Assembly: GCA_018262975.1 (NCBI GenBank)
Contig: JADFDG010000011.1
Location: forward strand, 46,195-110,194
Length of the DNA: 64,000 bases
Reading direction: 5' to 3'
Source: Gammaproteobacteria bacterium
GTDB lineage: Bacteria > Pseudomonadota > Gammaproteobacteria > Pseudomonadales > JADFDG01
Of this stretch, positions 9,670 through 19,944 are shown one piece after another. The position numbers were made by a program, and so were the translations under genes. Positions within the stretch are counted from its first letter, which is position 1. Each line of letters opens with the position of its first letter. Under the pieces are notes generated by a model that searched no databases, was not told the DNA's origin, and saw nothing but the letters and a program-made list of their open reading frames with translations.

Positions 9670-10749
9670 TCATTTCGCCAGCGCTTCGCTCACCTTCAGC
9701 CGCCCGATGCGGTCGTTGGTGAGCGAGCCGAAGTAGATCCACTCGCCGGCCTGTTCCACCGAGGTGATCTCGCGCAGGTGTTCGCCGCTCGCGTCATGCA
9801 GGCTGGCGAGCACCTGGCCATTCTCGTCCAGTGCCAGCACCAGCCCGTAGCGCACCGCTTTCGGGCGCAGGAACTGCGGCAAGGCCGCCACCGCCTGCTT
9901 GGCCAGCGGCCACGCATGCAGCGCATCAAGATCTGCCTTGCGCGGGCTCGGCAGCGCCACCCAGAACACACCGTTGCGGTTGCCGGAAATGCCGTCGGGG
10001 AAACCCGGCAGGTTGTCGGCGAACACTTCGTGCTGGCCCATGCGCGGGCCGGACAGCCAGTAGCGCACGATGCGGTAGCGCCAGGTCTCGTTCACCAGCA
10101 CGAAATCCTCGTTGCTCGACAGCGCCACGCCGTTGGCGAAGTGCAGGCCGTCCAGCAGCACGCGCGTCTCGCCGCTGTCGGGGTAGTAGGCAAGCAGGCG
10201 GCCGTAAGGGCGCGACTCCAGCAGGTCGAGCTCGTAGTCGGGCTGGTGCCACTTGCTGCTGGCGTCGGTGAAGTAGATGACACCGTTCTTCGCGATGTCG
10301 ACGTCGTCGGTGAAACCGAACGGCACGCCGCCGGCCGTGTTGGCCAGCACGGTGACCTGGCCGCCGCTGCTCACCGACAGCAATCCTTTCCAGGCATCGG
10401 CCACGATCAGGCGGCCGCCGGCGTCGAACTCCAGCCCCAGTGGCCGGCCGCCGGTGTTGGCGAATTCCTCGACGCTGCCGTCGGCGAGCACGCGCACGAT
10501 GCGTCCGTCCGCGAGCCCCGCGTAGACGCGCCCCCCGGCATCCACGTCCACGTCCTCCGGTCCGCTGATGCGGCCCTGCGCCAACAGTTCGGCGGTGGCC
10601 AGCCGGGCGTTCGGCGCCAGTACGCCGTCCAGTGGCGGTGCCGGCGGTGCCTGCCAGGCCACGCTGCTCACCGGCGAGAGCACCACCAGCAACACCAGCA
10701 GCAGGGTGAGGCCGGCCAGCAGCCAGCCGAGCGTACGCAACATGGACAT
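9670..10749 (-). CDS. Strictosidine synthase-like / SMP-30-gluconolactonase-LRE family beta-propeller protein
   Basis: Start at 10749 (MSMLRTLGWLLAGLTLLLVLL, preceded by CAGGAGGAC). Motifs GPEDV, YFTDASSKW and LHFANGVALS...NETWRYRIVRYWL...PGFPDGI. Confidence 0.8.
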   Translation of the reverse strand: MSMLRTLGWLLAGLTLLLVLLVVLSPVSSVAWQAPPAPPLDGVLAPNARLATAELLAQGRISGPEDVDVDAGGRVYAGLADGRIVRVLADGSVEEFANTGGRPLGLEFDAGGRLIVADAWKGLLSVSSGGQVTVLANTAGGVPFGFTDDVDIAKNGVIYFTDASSKWHQPDYELDLLESRPYGRLLAYYPDSGETRVLLDGLHFANGVALSSNEDFVLVNETWRYRIVRYWLSGPRMGQHEVFADNLPGFPDGISGNRNGVFWVALPSPRKADLDALHAWPLAKQAVAALPQFLRPKAVRYGLVLALDENGQVLASLHDASGEHLREITSVEQAGEWIYFGSLTNDRIGRLKVSEALAK

Positions 10750-10858
10750 GTCCTCCTGACGACCGTGACGCCCGCAGTATAGGCGGCTACCATGGCGCCT
10801 TTCCCGGCCAGCCGTCGCCCGCGACAGCTTCCGGCCGACCGTCGCCAAGCCCGGACCC

Positions 10859-12019
10859 ATGTCGCATCCAGCCTACGAACTCGTCACCGATCCCGGCCGT
10901 CTTGCCGAGGTTGCGGCGCGCCTTTCCACCGCGCCGGCACTCGCCGTCGACACCGAGTTCGTGCGGCGCACCACCTTCTTCGCGCGTCCGGGCCTGCTGC
11001 AGTTGTCAGCCGGCGACGGCGAGTTCCTCATCGACCTGGTGGCGCTACCCGACGTGTCGGCGTTGCGTGAACTGTTCCTCGCGCCGCGCCCGGTCAAGGT
11101 CATGCATTCCTGCAGCGAGGACCTCGAGGTACTCAAGCGCCTGTTCGGCGCGGTGCCCGGCAGCCTGTTCGACACCCAGGTGGCGGCGGCCATGCTCGGC
11201 CACCCGCTGCAGCTGAGCTACCAGAAGCTGGTCAAGGCCATCCTCGACATCGACGTGCCCAAGGACGAAACGCAGTCGGACTGGACGGCGCGACCGTTGA
11301 GCGACGCGCAGTTGTCCTACGCGGCGCTCGACGTGCGCCACCTGCTGCCGGTGTGGCAGCGCCTGTCGGCGGAGCTCGCCGCGCGCGGCCGCCTGGCCTG
11401 GGTGGAAGAAGACTGTGCGCGCTTGCTGCGCGACGCTGCCCGCGAGACCTCCGCGGACGACTACTACCGCAACATCGGCAGTGCGTGGAAGCTGCGTGCG
11501 CCGCAACTGGCGGTACTGGCGGCGCTGGCGCGCTGGCGTGAACTGGCCGCGCGCGAATACGACAAGCCGCGTTCGCACGTGGTGCCTGACCCGGTGCTGT
11601 TCCTGGTGGCGCAGCGACGGCCGCAGACCCTGCAGCACCTGCGCGCCATTCCCGATTTCCACCCGATGTCGCTGCGCAAGTACGGCGAGACCCTGCTGCG
11701 CATCGTCCGCGACACGCCGGTCGACATCGTCCTGCCGCCGGTCCCGCCGCCGTTGCCGCGCGAGGCGAAGCCGGCCATCGCCGCCCTGCGCGAGGTTGCC
11801 GCGCAGGCCGCCGCCGGCCTCGGGGTGGAAGTGGAGGTGCTGGTCCGTCGACGCCACCTCGAGGGCATCCTCGAGAGCGTGCGCAACGGCCAGCCGGCCT
11901 TGCCGGCCATGCTCGAGGGCTGGCGCCGGCCGCTGGTCGGCGACGCCCTGCTGACGGCGGCGCTGGCGCGCGAGACGGAGATCCGTGGCTGGGCAGCGGA
12001 GACCGCCGATGTCGAATGA
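10859..12019 (+). CDS. rnd: Ribonuclease D
   Basis: 386 aa. DEDD exonuclease motifs (AVDTEFVR, HSCSEDLEVL, YAALDVRHLL) plus an HRDC region. Confidence 0.9.
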   Translation: MSHPAYELVTDPGRLAEVAARLSTAPALAVDTEFVRRTTFFARPGLLQLSAGDGEFLIDLVALPDVSALRELFLAPRPVKVMHSCSEDLEVLKRLFGAVPGSLFDTQVAAAMLGHPLQLSYQKLVKAILDIDVPKDETQSDWTARPLSDAQLSYAALDVRHLLPVWQRLSAELAARGRLAWVEEDCARLLRDAARETSADDYYRNIGSAWKLRAPQLAVLAALARWRELAAREYDKPRSHVVPDPVLFLVAQRRPQTLQHLRAIPDFHPMSLRKYGETLLRIVRDTPVDIVLPPVPPPLPREAKPAIAALREVAAQAAAGLGVEVEVLVRRRHLEGILESVRNGQPALPAMLEGWRRPLVGDALLTAALARETEIRGWAAETADVE

Positions 12020-12329
12020 CTACCTGGATGCCAACCGCCGCCTGGTGAGCGTGTTCCGCAGCCCGCGTCGCGACGGCATGTACCTGTACGTCGATCGCAA
12101 GGAAGGCCTGGCGCGCGTGCCTGACGCCCTGCGCGAGCTGTTCGGCACCCCGCAACACGCCATGGACCTGCTGCTCACCGCGGAACGCAAGCTGGCGCGC
12201 GTGGCGGCCGCCGACGTGCTGGCGAAGATTGCCGAGCAGGGCTTCTACCTGCAGATGCCGCCGCTGCCGGACGATGAAATGCGTGCCATCATCGCCGCCA
12301 ACGACAAGCTGGCGCCGGCCCGGCGCTGA
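12009..12329 (+). CDS. YcgL domain-containing protein
   Basis: MSNDYL...VFRSPRRDGMYLYVDRKEGLARVPDALRELFG...QGFYLQMPP. The ATG at 12009 overlaps the rnd stop. Confidence 0.75.
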   Translation: MSNDYLDANRRLVSVFRSPRRDGMYLYVDRKEGLARVPDALRELFGTPQHAMDLLLTAERKLARVAAADVLAKIAEQGFYLQMPPLPDDEMRAIIAANDKLAPARR

Positions 12330-12344
12330 CACGGGATCGCTACC

Positions 12345-12740
12345 ATGCTGACCACCAACGCCTACCTGATCGCCTGGGGCATCTACCTGCTGGCCGCCTG
12401 CGGCCTGCTGGCGGCACTGTTCCGTCTCACCCGCGGCTGGCGCCCGGTGGCGTTCCGCGTGGTGCTGCGCGCGGTGGCGGTGGTCTGGCTGCTGATGCCG
12501 GCGGTGGTGGAGCCGGATGCGGTGCGCGAAACGCTGGCGCCGGCTTTCATGGTGCTGGTGTTCGAACTCACCGGAGGCTACGAGAACGCCGCGCGCGTGC
12601 TCGAGCCGATGCTGATCCTGACCGTCGGGGTGATCCCGCTGGCGCTGGCGCTGGACTGGGGCTGGACGCGCTGGCGTGGTCGCCGGCCGCAGGTGGCCCG
12701 CAACGGTGCGGTCTCCGGCGAAGGGGCGGGCCAGCCGTGA
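12345..12740 (+). CDS. Hypothetical membrane protein
   Basis: 131 aa with about four hydrophobic helices. 4-nt overlap with the downstream HIT gene. Confidence 0.5.
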   Translation: MLTTNAYLIAWGIYLLAACGLLAALFRLTRGWRPVAFRVVLRAVAVVWLLMPAVVEPDAVRETLAPAFMVLVFELTGGYENAARVLEPMLILTVGVIPLALALDWGWTRWRGRRPQVARNGAVSGEGAGQP

Positions 12741-13186
12741 GCGACTGCGTGTTCTGCGCGGTGGTGGCCGGCCGCGCGCCGGCGAGCGTCGTCTGGCAGG
12801 ACGACCAGTGCATCGCGTTCATGGACCTGTTCCCGCTCAACGAGGGGCACGTGCTGGTGGTGCCGCGCGTGCACGCGCCATTGCTCAACGAGCTGCCGGC
12901 ATCGCTGCGCGACCACCTGTTCCGCGTGGCCTGCCGGGTGATCGCCGCGCAGAAGGCCATCGGCCTGCACGCCGACGGCGCCAACCTCGTGGTCAACGAC
13001 GGCAAGCCGGCCAACCAGCACGTGCCGCACGTGCACGTGCACCTCATCCCGCGCGACGGCGGCGACCTCGCGGCCATCGGCGTGCGCATGGCCACCCGTT
13101 TCCTCAACCCGTTCGGCATGGATGCCCGCCGGCGCCGTCTCGACGCCCTGGCCGCGCGCCTGGCGGCGGCGATGCCGCCGGCCTGA
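12737..13186 (+). CDS. HIT (histidine triad) family protein
   Basis: 149 aa with the histidine triad HVPHVHVHLIPR and N-terminal CVFC. Confidence 0.85.
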   Translation: MSDCVFCAVVAGRAPASVVWQDDQCIAFMDLFPLNEGHVLVVPRVHAPLLNELPASLRDHLFRVACRVIAAQKAIGLHADGANLVVNDGKPANQHVPHVHVHLIPRDGGDLAAIGVRMATRFLNPFGMDARRRRLDALAARLAAAMPPA

Positions 13187-13203
13187 ACAGTCTTCGCCGC
13201 CCA

Positions 13204-13234
13204 CAAAAAAAGCCGCGCATCGCGCGGCTTTTTC
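13204..13234. terminator. Bidirectional rho-independent terminator between the convergent HIT and PilZ genes
   Basis: A-run, then 8-bp GC stem AGCCGCGC / GCGCGGCT with a 3-nt loop (13211-13229), then a T-run. A second perfect hairpin CCGGCAG-TG-CTGCCGG lies at 13244-13259. Confidence 0.65.
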
Positions 13235-13262
13235 ATTCGCAAACCGGCAGTGCTGCCGGCTC

Positions 13263-13613
13263 CTAGTCCTCGGTGAACAGCGCCAGCCAGGCGTCGAAAT
13301 CGCTGTCGGTCACCGGCAACAACTGGATGCCGGCATTGAAGCGTTCCTTGCCGTCGATCTCGCGCCCCTCCAGCCAGGTGATCCGCCCGTGCAGGTGGTA
13401 GGTGCGGCGGTTTTCCAGCAGCACCATCCAGATCTCCACGCGGCTATCCGCCGGGATGAAGCGGTCGAGCACCACCTGCAGGCCGGCCGCCGAGATGTCG
13501 ACCGACTCGCAGTACAGGCGCTCCCCCTGGTTCACCAGGTGCGCCGCCGACGTCACCGTGAGCGACAGGCTCTCGGCCTTCAGCACGCGGGGAAAGCGGC
13601 GCTTGTTCTCCAT
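13263..13613 (-). CDS. PilZ domain protein (c-di-GMP receptor candidate)
   Basis: 116 aa from the ATG at 13613. RxxxR motif (RRFPR) and DxSxxG motif (DISAAG). The ORF-track 326-aa extension overlaps the permease gene and is rejected. Confidence 0.7.
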   Translation of the reverse strand: MENKRRFPRVLKAESLSLTVTSAAHLVNQGERLYCESVDISAAGLQVVLDRFIPADSRVEIWMVLLENRRTYHLHGRITWLEGREIDGKERFNAGIQLLPVTDSDFDAWLALFTED

Positions 13614-13621
13614 GGCGGGCC

Positions 13622-15976
13622 TCAGTGCTTGCTGTAGGTGAACATCGCCTGCACCCACGCCGGCAGGCTGTCCTTGTACTCCGGGTACAGCAGCGGGCCG
13701 TAGGCAACGATCATCAGCGCGATGAACATGATCGTCACCGGCAGCACGTAGCGCTCGTGCCGATACCACCAGCCGCGGCCCGCGGCGATGGCGTCGGACT
13801 TGGCCAGCTCCACTTCCTTGTCGCCCACCAGGTGCCGTGTCAGCAGGTGGTTCAGTGCCACCGGTGGTGTCAGGTAGCCGAGCTCGAAGGACAGCAGGGC
13901 GAACATCCAGAAGTGCAGCGGGTCGATGCCGGCCTGGAAGGCCACCTGGGCGATGGTCGCGTTCACCAGGATCACCGCGCCGTACGGATCCATGATCATG
14001 CCGATGATCACCATGATCACCACCAGCAGGGTCATGGTCGCCCAAACGCTGTCCATCTGCGGGAACAGTTCCATCACGTGCGAGCGCTCGATGGTGCCGC
14101 CGATGGAAACCGACAGCGCCATCAGCATCAGCAGCGCGCCCATGTGGCCGGTGGCCTCGTTGGTGGCCTCGCGCAGGGAGATCTCCAGCGGCCGGCGACG
14201 CTCCAGCGACGGCGCATGCGCCTCGTTGCGGTCGCGGTCCCACTGGCGCGCCTGCTTGAAGGACACCACGGCCAGCCAGGCGGCGATGCCGAGTTTCACG
14301 GCCTCGCTGGCCAGGTCGAGTGCCGACGGATCGGCGCTGCCCTGCAGGAACAGGTAGCCCTTTAGCACCACGCCGCCCAGCACCAGCAGGGAGGCGAGGT
14401 TGGCCACCCAGGAGCCGAGTTTGTCGTACATCAGCACGGCAATGAGCATGATCGGCAGGATGTACGGCGCCGAGAACTCGTCGACGCGCTGGTTCAGCAC
14501 CACGTCATAGACGCCGATGACGGCCAGGATGATGACGATGTACGGCACCAGCGGCGCCATCAGCTTGATGCTCTCCGGCAGGGCGGTGCCGACCGGGGCG
14601 ATGCGCGCCGGCTCGGTGCGCGAGATCTGCGAGATCACCAGGAACAGGCCGGCGGTGAGCAGGTAGATCATGAAGCCGAAGTGGTACATCTCGCCGGTGG
14701 TCACGTCCTTGTTCAGGGCGGCGATGATCACCACCAGCAGGCAGGGCGCCAGCACCACGCCCATGGAGCCGGACATGGCGGTGGCGGCCAGTGCCAGGCC
14801 GCGGCGCGCATGGTTGCGACGCATCTCGGTGTAGAGGATGGCGCCGGCGGCGATGATGAAGATGCCCGAGGCGCCGGTGTAGGCGGTCGGCCAGGCGGCG
14901 ATCACCAGCACCACGAAGCACAGCAGTTCCGGCGACAGCGCCCACGGGCGCAGCACGTTGAAGAACAGTTCGGTCACGCGCGTCTGCTTGAGCAGCATGC
15001 CGATCCAGATGTACAGCGCCAGGCTGAGGAACATGCCCGACAGTTCCATCATCTGCGACAGGTAGACGCCGATGCCCTGGTAGTACGGCTGCGTCGTGAT
15101 TTCACCGGTGGTGAACTGCTCGATGGCGGGGATCACCCAGAACTGCAGCGACGCGCTGACCGACATGTAGGCATACAGCGGTACGGCGAGGAAGGCGTGG
15201 CCGAAGCCGCCGCCTTCGGCGAGATCCTTGGGCGGATTCAGCAGCTGGTACACGCTGATCAGCGCCAGCAATCCGAAGCCGGCGATCCACCAGGCGTGCA
15301 TGTAGAAGAACTGCACCTGCACGCCCTCGGCCATCGACTGCAGCTCGGCGTTGCGGTACGAGACTTCGGATACCACCAGCATCACGTGCGCGATCAGCTG
15401 CATGGTGACGGCGGTGTAGTAATCCTTGCGCGTGTGCACGCTGCGCAGGCCGATGTGGTGGCGCGTCAGCGTGGTGGAGGCAGCGGCAATCAGGATCAGT
15501 GCCAGCAGCATCATCTGCTTGTACTGCCCGACCAGCGTGACCAGCTTGGCGACGCCGGTTTCCACGAAGCGGAAGGCGCGCACGTCGGGCGTCACGCGTT
15601 CCTGGTTGGACTTGGCGATGGCCCATTTTTCCTGGCACATGGCCAGCGACTGCTCGACCGAGGTGCGGATGGCCGCCGGATCGACTTCCTCGGCGAACAG
15701 GTCGAGTTCATCGGCCGACGACGTTTCTGCCTCGGCGACCAGGCGGTTCACCTCGGCATCGATGTCGATGTCCGGGTTGCAGTCCGGGTCGGGGATGTCT
15801 CCACGCAGGATGAAATACTGGTCCCACTGCGCTTCGCCGAACTTCAGCAACTGCGAGTGGAGGTACTCGCCGGTGCCGAGGAAGATGACGGTGAGCAGGA
15901 TCAGGACGGACGGCAGGGACACCAGCCACTCGCCAACCGAGCGGTTGGCAAACAGCACCTTCTTGGCTTCTTGCAT
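13622..15976 (-). CDS. TRAP-type transporter fused permease (DctQ/DctM-like fusion)
   Basis: 784 aa from the ATG at 15976 (MQEAKKVLFANRSVGEWLVSLPSVLILL). Polytopic. C-terminal DctM-like ...FELGYLTPPVALNHLL.... The upstream ORF extension is Pro/Arg-rich junk. Confidence 0.8.
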   Translation of the reverse strand: MQEAKKVLFANRSVGEWLVSLPSVLILLTVIFLGTGEYLHSQLLKFGEAQWDQYFILRGDIPDPDCNPDIDIDAEVNRLVAEAETSSADELDLFAEEVDPAAIRTSVEQSLAMCQEKWAIAKSNQERVTPDVRAFRFVETGVAKLVTLVGQYKQMMLLALILIAAASTTLTRHHIGLRSVHTRKDYYTAVTMQLIAHVMLVVSEVSYRNAELQSMAEGVQVQFFYMHAWWIAGFGLLALISVYQLLNPPKDLAEGGGFGHAFLAVPLYAYMSVSASLQFWVIPAIEQFTTGEITTQPYYQGIGVYLSQMMELSGMFLSLALYIWIGMLLKQTRVTELFFNVLRPWALSPELLCFVVLVIAAWPTAYTGASGIFIIAAGAILYTEMRRNHARRGLALAATAMSGSMGVVLAPCLLVVIIAALNKDVTTGEMYHFGFMIYLLTAGLFLVISQISRTEPARIAPVGTALPESIKLMAPLVPYIVIILAVIGVYDVVLNQRVDEFSAPYILPIMLIAVLMYDKLGSWVANLASLLVLGGVVLKGYLFLQGSADPSALDLASEAVKLGIAAWLAVVSFKQARQWDRDRNEAHAPSLERRRPLEISLREATNEATGHMGALLMLMALSVSIGGTIERSHVMELFPQMDSVWATMTLLVVIMVIIGMIMDPYGAVILVNATIAQVAFQAGIDPLHFWMFALLSFELGYLTPPVALNHLLTRHLVGDKEVELAKSDAIAAGRGWWYRHERYVLPVTIMFIALMIVAYGPLLYPEYKDSLPAWVQAMFTYSKH

Positions 15977-16208
15977 GGATGCACTCACCTGGACTGCTTG
16001 TTCTTTTCGGGTGTTGTTCTTGTGGTGCGCGTCATGCCCCGGCGGCGCCGGTGGATCGGGGGCCGCGTAACGGGGGTTCGCCGGTGGACGGGCGACATGA
16101 CCGGCCGATTCTAGGGGAGGCGGGGGTAAAAGAACACAGACCCGCCGGTCGCGCGGCATGAAAAAAGGGCGCCCGCGGGCGCCCTTTCCGTCTACCCCGA
16201 AAAACGGC

Positions 16209-17222
16209 TTACTCGATCTTCTCGGTGCACTCGGCGCGGCTGCTGTCCAGCTTGCAGCGCACCTTGCGCAGCAGGGACAGGGTGTCGGCGTTGTAGATGC
16301 CCTCGTCACGCAGGGCGATGCGCGACTGGCGCATCAGCTCGTCGTACTTGGCCTGGTCAGCCTTGGGGATCTCGATCCAGTACTTGGCGTCCACCTCTTT
16401 CTCGGCGCGGCTGATCAGCGCCAGCGCGCGGTCGAACTGGCTGTAGAACCAGGCGCGGGACTTCTGGGTGAAGCCCGGGTACTGCGCGAACCTGTCGGCG
16501 CGCACGATGTACTGCAGCGACACCTGGGCCAGCGGGTAGCGCACCACGCCGCCCTTGGGTTCAAGGCCCTTGTAGAGCTCCAGCGCCTTGTAGGCGGCGG
16601 CCGGGGCGGCGCAGATGTCCACCGAGCGGTTGTTGAACTTGCCGGCGAAGTTGGTCACGTCCGAGGCGACCGGCGAGGCGCCGACCTTCTGCACCATCTT
16701 GGCCTGGGCCTTGTCGTAGTCGAGCACCGCGATGCGCTTGCCGGACAGCGCGCCGACGGTGTTGATCTTGCGGTCGTTCACGAACAGGAAGGCCGCGCCC
16801 ATCGGGGCCATGCCGGCCACCTCATACGGGCCGCTCTTCATCTTGTCGGCCAGCTTGGGGTTGGCCATGGCCTCGTGGGCGAGGCGCACGGCCTCGTAAC
16901 TCGGCTGCGAGCCGATGGAGTCCAGCGAGCCGGTGTAACTGTTGAACAGACGGCCGCGGATACCGGTCATCAGCACGGCATCGCACTGGCCGGCCTTGAA
17001 GTCCTCGGCGGCGATCTTTTCGTCAGTGTAGGCCTTCAGCTCGATGTCCGGGCCCCACGCCTTGGCGGCAACGCGGTAGTCCTTCATCAGGTTGAAGCCA
17101 TCACCGTGCTGGCCGATGACGTCCCAGACGCAGACGACGTGTTTGGCGGCCTGGGCGGTACCGGCGCCGAGGGCGAGGGCGCCGGCAGCAGCGGCGGCAA
17201 GCAGGTTCTTGCGAAGGGTCAT
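16209..17222 (-). CDS. Putative periplasmic solute-binding protein of the TRAP-type system
   Basis: Start at 17222 (MTLRKNLLAAAAAGALALGAGTAQA signal peptide, GGGGAG SD upstream). Position immediately upstream of the fused permease. Family assignment is by context only. Confidence 0.6.
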   Translation of the reverse strand: MTLRKNLLAAAAAGALALGAGTAQAAKHVVCVWDVIGQHGDGFNLMKDYRVAAKAWGPDIELKAYTDEKIAAEDFKAGQCDAVLMTGIRGRLFNSYTGSLDSIGSQPSYEAVRLAHEAMANPKLADKMKSGPYEVAGMAPMGAAFLFVNDRKINTVGALSGKRIAVLDYDKAQAKMVQKVGASPVASDVTNFAGKFNNRSVDICAAPAAAYKALELYKGLEPKGGVVRYPLAQVSLQYIVRADRFAQYPGFTQKSRAWFYSQFDRALALISRAEKEVDAKYWIEIPKADQAKYDELMRQSRIALRDEGIYNADTLSLLRKVRCKLDSSRAECTEKIE

Positions 17223-17312
17223 GAGGGCTCCCCGTGACTGGTTGGTTCTTGTTTTCAGGATCATGAAGCAGAACAGGCGCCTTGCGGCGCCTGTCGCTCG
17301 TACCTGCTTGGA

Positions 17313-18338
17313 TCAGAGCAGGTCGTCGATGTTCCCGGCGCTCTTCGGTTTGTCGTCCCAGAAGGTGCCCAGCCCGCCCATCGGCGTGCGGGTGCCGGTG
17401 GCTTCCGTCCACATGCGGTCGCTGGTGGCGAGGATCATCTGCTCGGCCATCATGTCGAGCATGCGGAAGTTGGCGTCGAGCTTGGCCGTTTTGCCGGCGG
17501 CGGCGAAGTCACGGATGATGTTCTTCACCAGTTCCTTGTCGCCGTTGCCGTAGGCGGCCAGCGCCCACATGGCGTGGCCGAGGCGGACGCCCTGGGATTC
17601 ACCCTGCTTGGCGACGCGGGCCAGCGTTTCCATCGGCTTGGCACCCGGCGGGGCGATCATCGGCAGCGTGTTCCACAGGGCGGCACGGATGCCTTGCGGC
17701 AGGCCCCACCACTTCTTGCTGTCCACGCAGGCGGCCAGGCGCTCGACCTTGGCGGCGATGTCACGCGGAACGCCCACGGCCTGGTCGGACTGCGAGTCGT
17801 TGAGCGCGGACTGCACGCCGGAAATCAGGCCCACCAGGAACATCAGCTGGTCGAAGTCGCTGTCCAGTTCCTCCGGGCACTTGCCGGCCGGCGTCTCGCC
17901 GTAATACATCACGAAGCGCTGGTAGGCGGTGTACTGGCGGCGGGCGGCGAGGGCGTGCGCGCGCTTCTGGGCGATGCGGGCGTCCTGGGCCTCGGGGATG
18001 TTGCCCTGGTTGGCGGCGCGCAGGTAGCGCAGCTCGTGCGCCAGCGCTTCTTCCTCGGCGCACAGCGCGGCGGCGGTGTACACCATGATGGCCATCTGGT
18101 TGGGGTTGCTGCCCACGGCCTCGAAGGTCATCAGCAGCGGGGTGAGTGCCTCGCCGGAGGCGCAGCCCATGGCGGTGTCGTCGAAGCCCAGCAGGTAAGG
18201 AACCATTTCCTTCTCGCTGAACTTCATCATCTGGTTGCCGGCGATCTTGTACGGCGAACAGCCGCTGGCCAGCGCGAGGGCGCCGACGGTCACGGCAGTG
18301 GCAAGGACGCGCATGATGCGGGCCGGCTGCAGGCTCAT
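17313..18338 (-). CDS. Hypothetical lipoprotein
   Basis: Start at 18338. Lipobox ...ALALASGC. Same strand as and upstream of the solute-binding/permease genes. Confidence 0.5.
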   Translation of the reverse strand: MSLQPARIMRVLATAVTVGALALASGCSPYKIAGNQMMKFSEKEMVPYLLGFDDTAMGCASGEALTPLLMTFEAVGSNPNQMAIMVYTAAALCAEEEALAHELRYLRAANQGNIPEAQDARIAQKRAHALAARRQYTAYQRFVMYYGETPAGKCPEELDSDFDQLMFLVGLISGVQSALNDSQSDQAVGVPRDIAAKVERLAACVDSKKWWGLPQGIRAALWNTLPMIAPPGAKPMETLARVAKQGESQGVRLGHAMWALAAYGNGDKELVKNIIRDFAAAGKTAKLDANFRMLDMMAEQMILATSDRMWTEATGTRTPMGGLGTFWDDKPKSAGNIDDLL

Positions 18339-18585
18339 CACCGGTTTCTCCTGTTCTTGTTGGGTGCGTATCTTGTTGTTTGTTATTCGCGGCCCGCATG
18401 CGTATGGCGGGCAGGCCGTCAAACTTACAGGAAAATCGCCATTCGTCGCAAGGCACGGCAGTACAAGGAGATTTTCCCTGTTGCCGGTGCCGCGCAGCTG
18501 CCCAATTTCAGCCAAAGGGAGTATTGGCCCCCGGCATGGGGTGGGTATCCTGCGCACCGCGTCCGACCCACCCTGACGGAGTGCC

Positions 18586-19938
18586 ATGACCCCCAACCTG
18601 CAGGAATCCCTGGCGGCTGCCCGCCGTGGCCTCGACCACGCCCGTACCGGCCTGAAAGGCGCGGCGCGCCTGGGTTTCACCGCGACGGTGCTGGCCAGTA
18701 CCGGGTTCGGCTGGCTGCTCGGCGACCGGCCGCCGGCCCCCCGCCTGATGCGCCGCACCTTCGAGCGTCTCGGTACCACCTACATCAAGCTCGGCCAGTT
18801 CATCGCCTCCAGTCCCTCCCTGTTCCCCGCCGAGTACGTCGAGGAGTTCCAGCACTGCCTGGACAACACCCCGCCGATGGCCTTCCACCGCGTGCGCCGG
18901 GTGATCGAGGAGGAACTGGGGCGGCCGCTCAACGAGGTGTACGCCTGGGTCGACCCCCGGCCGCTGGCCTCGGCGTCCATCGCCCAGGTCCATGCCGCCC
19001 GCCTGCTCACCGGCGAGGACGTGGTGGTGAAGGTACAGAAGCCGGGCGTGCAGGACGTGCTGCTCACCGACTTCAACTTCCTGTACGTGGCGGCGCGGGT
19101 GATCGAGCTGCTGTCGCCGGGGCTGTCCAAGTCCTCCATTTCCGGGGTCGTGGAGGAAATCCAGAAGAGCATGCTCGAGGAGTGCGACTTCCTGCAGGAG
19201 GCGCGCAACCTCGAGCAGTTCAACGCCTTCCTGGTGGCCACGCAGAACCACCGCGCCATCGCGCCCCGCCCCTACCACCAGGCCAGCACCTTGCGCGTGC
19301 TGACCATGGAGCGCTTCTACGGGGTGCCGCTGACCGACCTGGAGACCATCCGCACCCACACGCGGGACCCGGCCGAGACGCTGGTGGCGGCGCTCAATAC
19401 CTGGTTCTCGTCGCTGATGCTCTGCGACTTCTTCCATGCCGACGTGCACGCCGGCAACCTCATGGTGCTGGAGGATGGCCGCATCGGCTTCATCGATTTC
19501 GGCATCGTCGGGCGCATCGAGCGCGACGCCTGGCAGGCCATGTTCACCTTCTTCGAGGCCATCTCCACCGGCCACTTCCGCCAGATGGCGGAGTCGATGG
19601 TGAAGATCGGCATGACCGACGAGGCGGTCGACGTCGACCGCCTGGCGCACGACATCGAGAAGCTCTATGCGCGGCTGGTCGACATCGACCCGATGACGGT
19701 GGTGAAGGCCGAGAAGAACGACACCGAGATCAACCGCCTGCTCACCGACATCGTCGAGATCGGCGAGAACCACGGTATCCGCTTCCCTCGCTCGTTCGCG
19801 CTGCTGGTCAAGCAGTTCCTCTACTTCGACCGCTACGTGCAGATCCTGGCGCCGGAGATGAACATTTTCGACGACGAGCGCCTGGAATTGATGCCGGCCG
19901 GGCTGGCGCTGGACCCGGCATACGACGACGATCGCTGA
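18586..19938 (+). CDS. ABC1/AarF/UbiB family atypical kinase
   Basis: 450 aa. ...LGTTYIKLGQFIASSPSLFP..., ...ASASIAQVHAARL..., ...FFHADVHAGNLMV..., ...IDFGIVGR.... Confidence 0.85.
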   Translation: MTPNLQESLAAARRGLDHARTGLKGAARLGFTATVLASTGFGWLLGDRPPAPRLMRRTFERLGTTYIKLGQFIASSPSLFPAEYVEEFQHCLDNTPPMAFHRVRRVIEEELGRPLNEVYAWVDPRPLASASIAQVHAARLLTGEDVVVKVQKPGVQDVLLTDFNFLYVAARVIELLSPGLSKSSISGVVEEIQKSMLEECDFLQEARNLEQFNAFLVATQNHRAIAPRPYHQASTLRVLTMERFYGVPLTDLETIRTHTRDPAETLVAALNTWFSSLMLCDFFHADVHAGNLMVLEDGRIGFIDFGIVGRIERDAWQAMFTFFEAISTGHFRQMAESMVKIGMTDEAVDVDRLAHDIEKLYARLVDIDPMTVVKAEKNDTEINRLLTDIVEIGENHGIRFPRSFALLVKQFLYFDRYVQILAPEMNIFDDERLELMPAGLALDPAYDDDR

Positions 19939-19944
19939 CGCACG

